The translations under genes were made by a program, and so were the position numbers. Source: Phoronis australis (Eukaryota; Animalia; Phoronida). Taken from it: a stretch of 64,000 nucleotides of DNA. Shown here piece after piece: positions 34,101-46,100 of the stretch (its first letter is position 1; each line of letters begins with the position of its first letter). The stretch spans positions 870,748 to 934,747 of the forward strand of contig NMRA01000076.1 of NCBI GenBank assembly GCA_002633005.1, given 5' to 3'. The notes below the pieces were generated by a model, which saw nothing but the letters and a program-made list of their open reading frames with translations, had not been told where the DNA came from and made no database searches.

Positions 34101-37100
34101 ACCAATGAACAGTAAGTCACATGGTCTGTGCTGCTAACTACGACACCTGGTGTTGGCTTTCAATGACAAGTCGGGTCTATAACCAACACGCTCTGTATCT
34201 GTTACTGCTGGCACTGGTGTTGATGGATCGTTGTACTATTTGTAACCTTGAATTGTTACCTGTTCTTTAACTGGGTGCTTCTTCAACTAAGCTAGGAGCT
34301 TGCATGATTTAGTTAGCTAACGGTGCACGGCAAAAATAATCGGATATAATGACCCAGAATTTCCCTGTTGTGATGACTGTTAGCCTATGTAATTCTTCGT
34401 CGTCGTCATTACAGCTGTAGTTTTCGACACAGCTGAAAATATCTGCTCGAAACTGCGAGAAATGGCATATTTGGCATTTGTATTCCCGGATTTGGGCTCG
34501 TATAAAGTGGTGACCAAAAAAAGAAAAAACATCGGACGTTGTCTCTGCACCCGTACAAATGATGCCAATTTTCTTCTTGTGTTTTTACTTTTTCCACTCA
34601 TATTTTCTCCCTTTTCACTGGCAATTCAGAGTCTACCAGAGCGCTGTTCACCTGGGACATCATCTTTTATCGTCTTCTGGTAGCAGTGCATTTTAGTGAT
34701 TGGCGAGCTATTAAAATTGACACTAACCGGGTTTAAAGTTTAACACAGCCTATCATACTATGCAACAAATTTATTTTTCATGTTAAGAACCATTTTTTTC
34801 TCACAGGTTGAGAAGCCAAATCGTTTATTATGAAGTAGAAGTTACAGATACTCTGCACATGACATTTGTGCCTGACCTTTGTTTTACCATCTCTGGCATG
34901 TAATCAGTGCCAAAGGAGCAAATTCAAATCACCCAGTAATGGAATTGCGCAGTATGTCGAGGCTTTTTATTTCATGCAGAATTTAGTTATTGGACCAACA
35001 ATAGATACAAGATTTTTGCTTGTGAATTTTGCTCTGCATCATTCTTACTCGTCAATTTGTCATTTGACCTGAGCATATAATTCCTCACAGAAGTTTTTTG
35101 ACAGGAAGTTTGTCGATCGTTCAAGTTGCAAAAGTTTTTTACACTGTGAACAAATGTTGCAGGGAAATTGCAATTAAATTTAATAATTTTTGCCTCTTTA
35201 AAGATTTTCACAACATTTGTAGGTCACTTTTGGCGGGTATTTTTTCAACAATGTATTTTCTCCTACTTCAAATTACTTAGCTACTGGAATACACTTGTCA
35301 GTTAGAGAGTGCCTAATATATTTAATTTTTGCATCTTACAATAACGGGAAAACCTTTGAACTTCGCATCTGTGTACTTCAATTTCAAAGTCATGAGTGAC
35401 CAGGGTGACTCTCTGGCCCAGCAGACAAGCACCCACACCTCGACTTTCAGGCTCGCCAGGGCTTTGTTCCCATCAATTCGAATATTTAAATAGCATTATT
35501 ACAAGGACGCGTGATTTCTCAAAACGGGACACGGGCAACTCTGGACACGATCGCTGGATGTGCAGCTAAACATTCGCTTGCCAAAGAACAGTCACCTAAT
35601 GTCCTTATCCACTCATATTTTCAAGGGTTTACTCATTTATGTCGAGCCCTGAGCTAAATGTGAGCAGAATTTACAGTCAGAGTTGCTTGAATGATAAGAC
35701 GTGACTGTCATTACCTGTTGTGGTGGGAATTTTCTCCGATTATCTTTGGCATGTATTGTAGATGCTTGTTACTGTAATTAGGGTATATCTGTATGTTTTA
35801 TTTAAAATGTTCAAGGTGTACTGTTCAGCTGTTTTTTTTTTGGTGTTAATGCTAAGCTGTGTTTTAACTAAAGGTTATGTGGGACTAAAAAAATATCAAA
35901 ACTTGGCCAACTTCGGAACTTTGTATTTCCGAGATGTGTGATTGGATTCCTATTACTAGGTATAAAGGTTTCAGTTACAGTATGCTTTGTGCACTAGTCT
36001 CCAAAATGCTGTTTAAGTAATTTTAAAATGTTTCACTTTCGTATTATGGTCTATAACAAAACTTGGACACTATTTTTGAGATTTCATTTTGAACATTTCA
36101 TCATGTTGTTAATACTTACAGGTTTTCCTATCAATGTACCTGTTTTCCTGAATTTTACTGAAAAGTTATGATCACATGACCTAATTAAAGGTAGCTTGAT
36201 AAAAAGTCAAAAATCTATTTCTACTGGCTTTCTACTTTCAGAATAGTAAACTAATAATAAAACTATTTTTTCTGACTTAAAATCTATAGGTCTGTAGAAT
36301 GTATATGAATATAACTGTCAATCTCAGTAGGTCATGTGATGTGGCTAAAAGATGTTAGCAATTGCTCTGTAGATTTTTGGCTAAATATGCAGTCCTGCAT
36401 AACCTTAGCTTAGTTAGCTATGTTTATCCTGTTGAGCTGTTGGTGGAAAGTAGTAGTCATTGGAGATCACAAAATGAAATGGGTTGCTTTTTGTTACAAA
36501 TGAACTGATCCGACACAGCTTTTGAAATGGGTATGTCAAGGGAAGCCTCGTGTTGAGATCAGTTCCATGTGTTTGACAATAGACATCTTCCAGTCTGATA
36601 AACAGCAAAGTCGTTTTTCATGAAGTTTGTCTGGAAGAATGACTACGTCAGGTATTTACTCAGAATCAGGATATCGTGGCATGAATATTCTCTGGTCCAT
36701 TTCTAAACACAGATCTTTCCTCTTTTGATTTTACTAACCATGAACTGTTTACATCGCAATAGGCTTCTGTGTTGTCACACATACAGTAACTAATGCATTG
36801 TTGTGCACCTATCTTCAACCACACCATAATGCTGACTATAATCATAATGGTATTTGTGATAGCCTTTGATAACAAAACATTACCACCAGCCATCATCACC
36901 GTGGCAACACCCTCAGTGGGGGGACTTTCAGCTCTCTGCTGCTGGTTGGGGTGACTACGTTTTTCTGTCTACTTGCTTTTTTATCTTTTTTAAGATTTTT
37001 TAGTCCAAAAAGATTTGCATTTTAGTGTAGACTAGGTTAAATTGGATTTTGATTGTTTTTGAAATATTACCTGGTTCGAAATATTTGTGAAGCACTCAAA

Positions 37101-40100
37101 CATCGCATCTCATTTGTAACTGATGCCTACTTCAGATATGAACGATCTATATGAATAATGTAGATGTTGCATTTTGTGCAGTGCCAAGAATGCAGAATTG
37201 CTAAAAATAATTGAACCTGTCCATACTCAAGAAAACAAAAGTGCCAGAGAGTACCATCTATTGTTAATTTATTTTTATTCACAATTTTCTGAAATTTTCT
37301 GATATTTTTCCGTTTGAATCTACTTGAACTCCTTCGTCTTGAAAATTTTGATTGAAGGAGTAAAATTTCTGAGTCTTAGCAGTAGATGTGATATTTTCCG
37401 GGACATAGTTACCTGCCACCACTTTTAATTAGTCTATTTAATATTTAATTTGTAGACTTGACAGAGATTAGCGTTCTTTTATCACACACTACAGTCAACG
37501 GCAGCACTGGCCAATTCATTAAAATCTCATTTACAGAATAGGATTCAGCATCTGGTACTTTCCCTAACATTGCCAGTCATGATGGCCGGCCTACTGTGAT
37601 GATGAATTTCGCTTGTGCCTAGTTGTCATGACGAGGAATTCGAGGTCCCCTTGTCCCATTACTTTTGGCGTGTATTGTAGCTTTGCTGTGGTGTGGTGTG
37701 TTAGTAGGGCTCATGTACTCAATTTTCCAAACTTGTCATTACTAACCTGTTTAATAAGGTCGGTAATTATTATTTTCCTGGACGTTCCGTTGCAACATCA
37801 TTTAATTTGTGACTGGTTCTATACAGTGTACATTGTTTGTTTTAGAATATTGACCTAGACATTTTCAATTGTGTTGACTTTATGGAAACATTTTGCAGTG
37901 TCACCTTTTAATAGTGCCTAGGTTTTCCATTTTAAATATTGACATAATGGTTATGGTACGTTAATTTACTAAATTTCGATTATGTACAAACTTCAGTCTC
38001 TGCTTTGGGTTCATGCATGGCTTTTACTGACAGATTGCTCTGCTTAGCTTGTTGATTTGAAGTCTCATTTTGTTTTAAATTAACTGTGCATGAAATTGTT
38101 TAACTTTTTGAATGTTTTATGGACATTTGTCATGTTTACTCACAGGCCCATGACTGTTTAGAATTAAAGTGATTAGAGGCAGATCGATCAGTCTTTCTGG
38201 ATATGATAGAACTAATAATGGTCAGAATGTTGATGTACCTAATTGGAGACTACAAAATCTGTTCATTTTTTATGATTGCCAAACTTGCTTGGCTGAAATG
38301 AGGAACATTTCACCATTAGAATTCTACTGGTAAGATGTCACAAGCAGTTACAGCGTACAGAAGACAAAATGGTATGCCATCATTGTTTTTTACGATGCTT
38401 CCGGTGACTCCTTATATTCTCCTGTGACATCAATCATTTATTACTAGTTTTATCTTAAAACACAGGAAATCTCAGTGTTAAACAACTCGGGATTGCCTCC
38501 ATGTTTAGGGTGGACTTCTTTCATGTGGTAATAGCACACGCCATTTTATTTTGATGCGAAGTTGTAACTCAAATGACTCGCCGTTCATTTAAGCTTTTAT
38601 GTAAACCAGATTAATGACTTTGTAGAAACGCGATTAGACCATAAAGATGGGTTTCTGAAAATCAACAAATTTCTGGAAAGTTGCACGTTATACGTTGCAT
38701 TCGCGACTTTTGTTCTATGCTACACCCAGTCTCCAGTACCATCTGATAAATAGATCATATTAATTTATTGATGAGAATTTAGTAATGTTCATGGTGTAAT
38801 TTTCTATCATTTTTTTTAGACGCCAAATCAATGACGAGGCTCGTCGGATGATGAGCGAACTGTTTGTCAACCTGGAGTCGGAGCTGATGAACTTCATCTA
38901 TTATGGAGACAGAAGCGACAACTTGTACGCAATTCTACGTACTCTAATGTGTTTCTTTGCAGCCTAGAAACAAATCAGTGATCCAGTTTTAAATAAATTC
39001 CTCTCAATCAGCTCTGAGTCATGGTAGATCCTCCAAGGTGCCTGACCTTGACTGTGGTGTTCTCTCAGACACGTTCTTGGAAAGCAGTGCTTTCACTGAA
39101 GTGGCCACACTCATTTTAAATAGTACAATAAATAAATAAAAGGTCTCAACACCCGAGTCCGTGCCCCGGATTTGTGGTGCGCCTTCGCATGTTTGTATCT
39201 GACCACTAGATTTGAACTCTGGTTATATTGTCCACGTAGTTTAGTCAGTGGAAGACAAGCATAAGTCTGGTCATTGGACTGTTTCTCTCGACTGTGTTTC
39301 TTTAAGTATTGGCAGCTGTTTTGCTTTGTGTGTGTGACCTGAGAGTGTAGATGTGTTCTTGTAATGCAATGCACACACAGTGATGGTTCTTCCACGACGC
39401 TCAATGATTTTAGATTTTGTCATTTAATAGCTTTTGTGGTTATTCAAACATGGTGCTGTACCATGTTTGAAAAGTTCTCAACCATCGTGGAAATCTTGAA
39501 TCATGTCTGAAAAAGTCTGAGCCATGTTTAAAATCTCAAGTTTTGTTTGAAAACCCAGGGCTGTTTCACCTTTACGAGAAAAATGATTGAAGTAATTTCA
39601 CAGTGACAATTGTTTTTGGTATTATTTTGTGCGAGCAAACCTGATGCTGAAACGCAATGCAGAATACCTGCTATCCGTCACAGAACACTCTCTGATACTT
39701 TGTGTCATTGTAAATGTATTGTGTGCCAGAAATGATTTGGTGGCTTCAGATTAACGTTTTGGTGGCTTCAGATTAACGTTTTAGACCTCACACAGCAGTG
39801 TAGGAATTCACTGTACCTCCAATTTAAAAAATATAACGCAATTCTTTAAACGTCACGCAAAGTTCATTTTTGGTTGATTGAGCAAATTTTTCTTAAAATT
39901 TAGAGTGTTGTCGGCGGGAGGGGGGTACTTTGTGTTGTCGGCGAGAGGGGGGTACTCTGTGTAACATATGGTAAAATCTCACCAATTTCGGACAAAAATA
40001 ATTTACAAAAAATGCGCTTTTTCATATTTCAAACACTTTTAACATGGTTGTGAATGCTCACAATTTTCCTAAATTGATGAGATTTTACCGTATGTTTACT

Positions 40101-43100
40101 GTCCTGATGTGTGACAAGGTATCTTATCAGTAAAAATACAGGATGTTTTAAAAAGGTGGAGCCATTTTGAAATTTCTGTGCAATCACAACTGCCTATGCT
40201 CCTGGTATATGCATAAAGTCTCCTTAAAATGTCTAATGAAAATAGAAAACGCTTCTTAAATTAATTAATTTTTGCATTTCTAAGGTTTAGTCAGCTTAAA
40301 ATGCACTGCTTTTGAATGTGTTGTGTTACAGTAACTCTCTATTCATGCTGGTCCGTATGAGTCAACATGTGATCAATGCACAGGACACCGGGTCGTACTT
40401 GAGCAAGGTCTACGGCAACTGCTTGGTCATGGTCAAGAGGAATTTTGACAAATTTGTGGTAGGATTTGTTGTACAAATTATATGACTGTTTAAAATACGT
40501 GCCAAAGTCTTAATTGAAAAATAGTAAAAACTAAGACATTTATTATGGTTGGTAATTGTAGATCTGAATACATGATTATTGTTTAGTATTTTACAATATA
40601 TTGTCAATTTTTTGTGCTGAATTGTCGAGGTTGTCGTATGGAAAGCATAATATGTTACAACCAAATATTCATCACATAGTTCCTGTTTACAACTCTGAAA
40701 AATTAACAGTATTTTGTAATGTGAAGCCCTGATTGGTACATATTTCCACCCCTACAGCGTGACATGTTTACAGGGTTTGTTCATTATGAATTTCTTTTTG
40801 GTACATATTTCCGCCATTACAGCTCAATTTTCATGATTTGTTATGAAATTCTTATCGGTATATATTTCCACCATTGCAGCAAACGCGTATCAAAGCCATT
40901 GAGGAGACCAGGGTTAGCAAGAAAGGAAGGTGTGGCGTCATTCCTTTTGTTCACCATTTTGAGNAGTCTGGTCATTGGACTGTTTCTCTCGACTGTGTTT
41001 CTTTAAGTATTGGCAGCTGTTTTGCTTTGTGTGTGTGACCTGAGAGTGTAGATGTGTTCTTGTAATGCAGTGCACACACAGTGATGGTTCTTCCACGACG
41101 CTCAATGATTTTAGATTTTGTCATTTAGTATAGCTTTTGTGGTTAGTCAAACATGGTGCTGTACCATGTTTGAAAAGTTCTCAACCATCATGGAAATCTT
41201 GAATCATGTCTGAAAAAGTCTGAGCCATGTTTAAAATCTCAAGTTTTGTTTGAAAACCCAGGGCTGTTTCACCTTTACGAGAAAAGTGATTGAAGTAATT
41301 TCACAGTGAAAATTTTTTTTGGTATTATTTTGTGCGAGCAAACCTGATGCTGAAACGCAATGCAGAATACCTGCTATCCGTCACAGAACACTCTCTGGTA
41401 CTTTGTGTCATTGTAAATGTATTGTGTGCCAGAAATGATTTGGTGGCTTCAGATTAACGTTTTGGTGGCTTCAGATTAACGTTTTAGACCTCACACAGCA
41501 GTGTAGGAATTCGCTGTACCTCCAATTTAAAAAATATAACGCAATTCTTTAAATGTCACGCAAAGTTCATTTTTGGTTGATTGAGCAAATTTTTCGTAAA
41601 ATTTAGAGTGTTGTCAGCGACAGGGGGGTACTTTGTGTTGTCAGTGGGAGAGGAGTACTCTTGTGTTGTCCGCAGGAAGGGGGTTACTCTTCTTAACATA
41701 TGGTAAAATCTCACCAATTTCGGACAAAAATAATTTACAAAAAATGCACTTTTTCATATTTCAAACACTTTTAACATGGTTGTGAATGCTCACAATTTTC
41801 TTAAATTGATGAGATTTTACCGTATGTTAACTGTCCTGATGTGTGACAAGGTATCTTATCAGTAAAAATACAGGATGTTTTAAAAAGGCGGAGCCATTTT
41901 GAAATTTCTGGGCAATCACAACTGCCTATGCTCCTGGTATATGCATAAAGTCTCCTTAAAATGTCTAATGAAAATAGAAAACGCTTCTTAAATTAATTAA
42001 TTTTTTGCATTTCTAAGGTTTAGTCAGCTTAAAATGCACTGCTTTTGAATGTGTTGTGTTACAGTAACTCTCTATTCATGCTGGTCCGTATGAGTCAACA
42101 TGTGATCAATGCACAGGACACCGGGTCGTACTTGAGCAAGGTCTACGGCAACTGCTTGGTCATGGTCAAGAGGAATTTTGACAAATTTGTGGTAGGATTT
42201 GTTGTACAAATTATATGACTGTTTAAAATACGTGCCAAAGTCTTAATTGAAAAATAGTAAAAACTAAGACATTTATTATGGTTGGTAATTGTAGTTCTGA
42301 ATACATGATTATTGTTTAGTATTTTACAATATATTGTCAATTTTTTGTGCTGAATTGTCGAGGTTGTCGTATGGAAAGCATAATATGTTACAACCAAATA
42401 TTCATCACATAGTTCCTGTTTACAACTCTGAAAAATTAACAGTATTTTGTAATGTGAAGCCCTGATTGGTACATATTTCCACCCCTACAGCGTGACATGT
42501 TTACAGGGTTTGTTCATTATGAATTTCTTTTTGGTACATATTTCCGCCATTACAGCTCAATTTTCATGATTTGTTATGAAATTCTTATCGGTATATATTT
42601 CCACCATTGCAGCAAACGCGTATCAAAGCCATTGAGGAGACCAGGGTTAGCAAGAAAGGAAGGTGTGGCGTCATTCCTTTTGTTCACCATTTTGAGGTAA
42701 ATGATCAAAATAAAAAGATTGTGTGTTTTGAGGTACTATTCCACACCACACCAAAATCATACAATATATTGGCAGTACAGTACAGTACATTGTTGTAGTA
42801 CAGTACAGGACAGTGCAGTACTGTGCAGTGCAGTACTGTGCAGTGCAGTGTAGTACAGTGCAGTGCAGTACTGTGCAGAGTAGTGCAATAGTGTATAGTG
42901 CAGTGTAGTACAGTGCAGTACAGTTTAGTACAGTACAGTGTAGTACAGTAGACTAGAGTACAGTGCAGCCAAGAAACACTCGGACTTGGCATTCTCAGTG
43001 TCTATCTCCGAATGTAGGCGATATTCTCCTAACATGGGAGATGAATGTAAGTGGGATTCGTGGTCAGAGCATTTGAAGTGACGTGTCATGACAGGTAACG

Positions 43101-46100
43101 TTCTGTCATGAGAGCCTGTTTACCTGTCGTGATGGGAATGTAGGACTTTGTTGCATTATTTTCTTGTATTACCTGTGAATAAAAACAATAAGTGCACTTG
43201 TGTGCCTCACTGAAAAATGAGACCAACTTGGTTATTACATGCATCCTGTCAAATGTGTACTTCTGTGTTTGTTATGAAGTTGTTGCTTATTAAATATAAG
43301 TATGAACAGAATTAATTAATAAGTTAAGCATTTTTAAAGAGACAATTACTTCCTTACTATGTACAATGTAATTAAAACTAGGTTGCTTTTGTCACAAAAA
43401 TAGGTCTCCAATCTTTTCATACCATGTCTGTCACAGAAAATTATTTCCATCCTCAAAAACTTCTTTCAAGATATCGGCAAGTGACACCATGAATTGTGAC
43501 AGGCCTGACCAAGCTTCCCAAATTTGACCCTCTTCATATCAATAGGAATCATTCTAAATATAACTTTTTAGCACTGAGAGAGCACAAAAACATGTTTCAC
43601 TTGATACCATTGCTAATTCTGTTGTGTGAGATGTGCTAAGTTTACAAGTCGAGGTGAAATGCAATTTCTTTCATTCACGGGCATTTTGAGATGTTGGGTA
43701 TTTTCGTGCGGTATAATTTGAGATTACCTATTGCCTGGAGATTTCTTGATTTCTTTTTATTGATAGCAACTTGTAGTTTTCAAGTCTAGGAAAGTTTGCA
43801 GATCAGTTTGTCAATCATCCTGCGCCATGATTTTCTTGCTTAGAATGCGAGTGGGAAAGAAATGTTCCTGCGTCTTTCTTGACTAACACGGGGCAAATTG
43901 AGTGCTTGATGAAGGAGTTGTGTTTTTCAGGAGTTCTCACTTCAAGCCGAGAGCATCTTTCAAGGCTCCGACCGTCGAGCAGATTTAGACAAGGCGTACA
44001 CTCGCCTCATCACAGCCATATTTGACCAGATTGATCGAGTGGCGGAGGAGCATCACAAGACTCCAAAGGAGGTCGTACAGCTAGAGAACTTCCACCATTT
44101 GTATGGTCAGTATTTCGTTTCACTTACTGGATTTAAATGTGTCTTAAATGAATAACTTGAGTTTTTGTTTATCATAGTTTATGGTAATCATGTTCACCCA
44201 TTTAGCACAGTTTGGTCAACAAGTAAAATTTTGTTGCGTCCAATTCTGTAACAAAAATGAACTATTTATAAAGTTTTTGTCTGTTGTTAAATGCACTTTA
44301 TTGCAGGTGATCTGTTACACCTTGTTCCTGACATGCGCAGGACACTCAAGTGGGCCCATTCCATTGATCCCTTGGAATCATTTTTTATTTTTTATCAAAT
44401 ACACTTAATATACTAAGTTGTAGATGTAATAAAACAATATTTTGTAAAAAATCTTCCATTATTTATGGCCTTTTAAAAATAGGAAAATTACACTTTTGGC
44501 ACTTATTTTTGTGCAAATTAGGTGAAAATTGTGGTACATTTCCTAACTGTAAATAATGCTTTAGATTTTTACCTGGGAAAGTACATGTAAATTGGTGCTA
44601 TTTATAAGTTTCACTTTGCTCTGTTTATATTTATGTATCATCTCTTGTGTCTACAACCGAGATACACCTTGCTGATGAAATTTTGTCAAGTTGTTTGTCT
44701 GAGTGACCACTTGCCTGTCAAATGGAGGACTGGTCATCTACCATTAGCCACCTCCTTCTAGTTGTCTCCTATGACGACAGTTTTCAGTCATTTATCTAAT
44801 ATTTTGATCTCAGTCATGGAAGTTAATCCCGCTTACAATGAAGTCAGCACGCATATTGTTGCTAAACTTTGCAAGTTTCCGTGCTTCCTAAGTGTAAGTC
44901 AGTATGATGCAATGTTTAGACAGTGTTAGGGGTTTTGATGTGAGTGATGCAAAGAACCCTGGCACTGGCTGTTGCACATCAGTCTTGAATTTACGTGCAT
45001 AAGCAGAATCAAAGAAGCACCATGACTAAATTTTTTTGCTGATGTCAGTGATATTGGCACATTGGTTGTCCTTAAATGACTTTGTCCCCTTGTGCATCAG
45101 AGCACGCCGCTCAGTTGGATCTTGCGTGCACACTTCTCTAGAAGCTTGAGGGATTCAATGTTGGTGTAGTTTCCTCGACATCAGTGCTGTAATGAATGCC
45201 TGGTGAAAATATTGTTGTTGCTCTCTTCCGTAGCTATGCTTTCTCAGCTCAAGATTTCTTGTCTGGAAAATGAAAGAAAAGAGGCCAAACAACGGTATCA
45301 GGAGAGTCTGCACGCTTACGTAACTACTTCACTGGGCCGACCTCTGGAAAAGTTACACGTAAGTGGAAGAACTGAACGTATTTGTAACTTTATGAAATAC
45401 ACATTTCTTGGCTTCAGTTACCTTTGAAGAGATATGCATTTTGCCAAAGTGTTTGATGCCTTGGGAAGTCTGTGATTGTGTCAGCCAGGTACCTGCTTCT
45501 ATCACAAACTAACATTGCTGCACTGTTTTGTGTGGAGTAGTTGAAGTTAATATGCAGAGCGTTGTAAATTGTTTGTTTTACTGATTAGATGCTTGTCCTA
45601 AGCCGTACATATTCTTGTTGTTACACTCTGTGGTAGAATATTTTCTCACGTGACAAATTAGGTTTTGGTTTCAACTGCCTTTGACTCTCAAATTAGTGAT
45701 TAGGGCATTAGTCACTTACTTGGGTCCCAGATTTTAAGAGACAGCTTGATACCCGTTGTTCAGTAGAGAAAGTTGGTTTTCAAAATGCGAGAACCCCTCT
45801 AAGTGGCTATTATTAAAAAAGCATTGTTTGTCCTTATCTGTTTTTTCTTTGAAAATCAAGCCAGTGGTTTCGTCTTTTTTCTCTTGGAATGTTCACTTTT
45901 TCTAAAAAGAAAATCCACTTGAAACGAGCAAAAATGATGTGAGATTTGTTTGTTTACTCATTGTTGAGTAAATCTTGGCATTTCAAATCTTGCTTACCTT
46001 CACTTACTTTCCTGCATTTTTTAACTTTTGTTAGTCTAACTGCAGGTCTCAAAACGACTTGGGGTAGAGGCTAGAACCAACTTTATTTTTGGTCTGATCC

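Larger units (their letters stand above)
39264..42696 (+). repeat. ~1.7-kb tandem duplication (39264-40963 / 40965-42696) joined by one N; probable haplotype-overlap artefact
   Basis: Near-identical copies with scattered SNPs and indels and a minisatellite copy-number difference; the junction is the only N seen in the window. Confidence 0.88.

Noticed and set aside
34630-34951. Strong-looking acceptors at 34630 and 34807 in EXOC1 intron 12
   Set aside because: No frame-preserving donor; both frames reach a stop and show no homology.
37537-37554. 18-nt phase 2-2 microexon candidate in EXOC1 (ttacag/AATAGGATTCAGCATCTG/gtactt)
   Set aside because: Weak donor, and joining to exon 13 creates TG+A, a stop codon.
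37590-37700. C/D box snoRNA (TGATGA C-box-like motif in an EXOC1 intron)
   Set aside because: No CTGA D box or terminal stem at a suitable distance.
40332-42696. Mutually exclusive duplicated exons in EXOC1
   Set aside because: The exon copies look identical, the junction is an N, and copy 1 of exon 15 has no donor; an assembly artefact is the simpler explanation.
42705-42992. 95-aa Cys/His-rich ORF (LHCTV repeats)
   Set aside because: It is the translation of the (CAGTA/G)n microsatellite.
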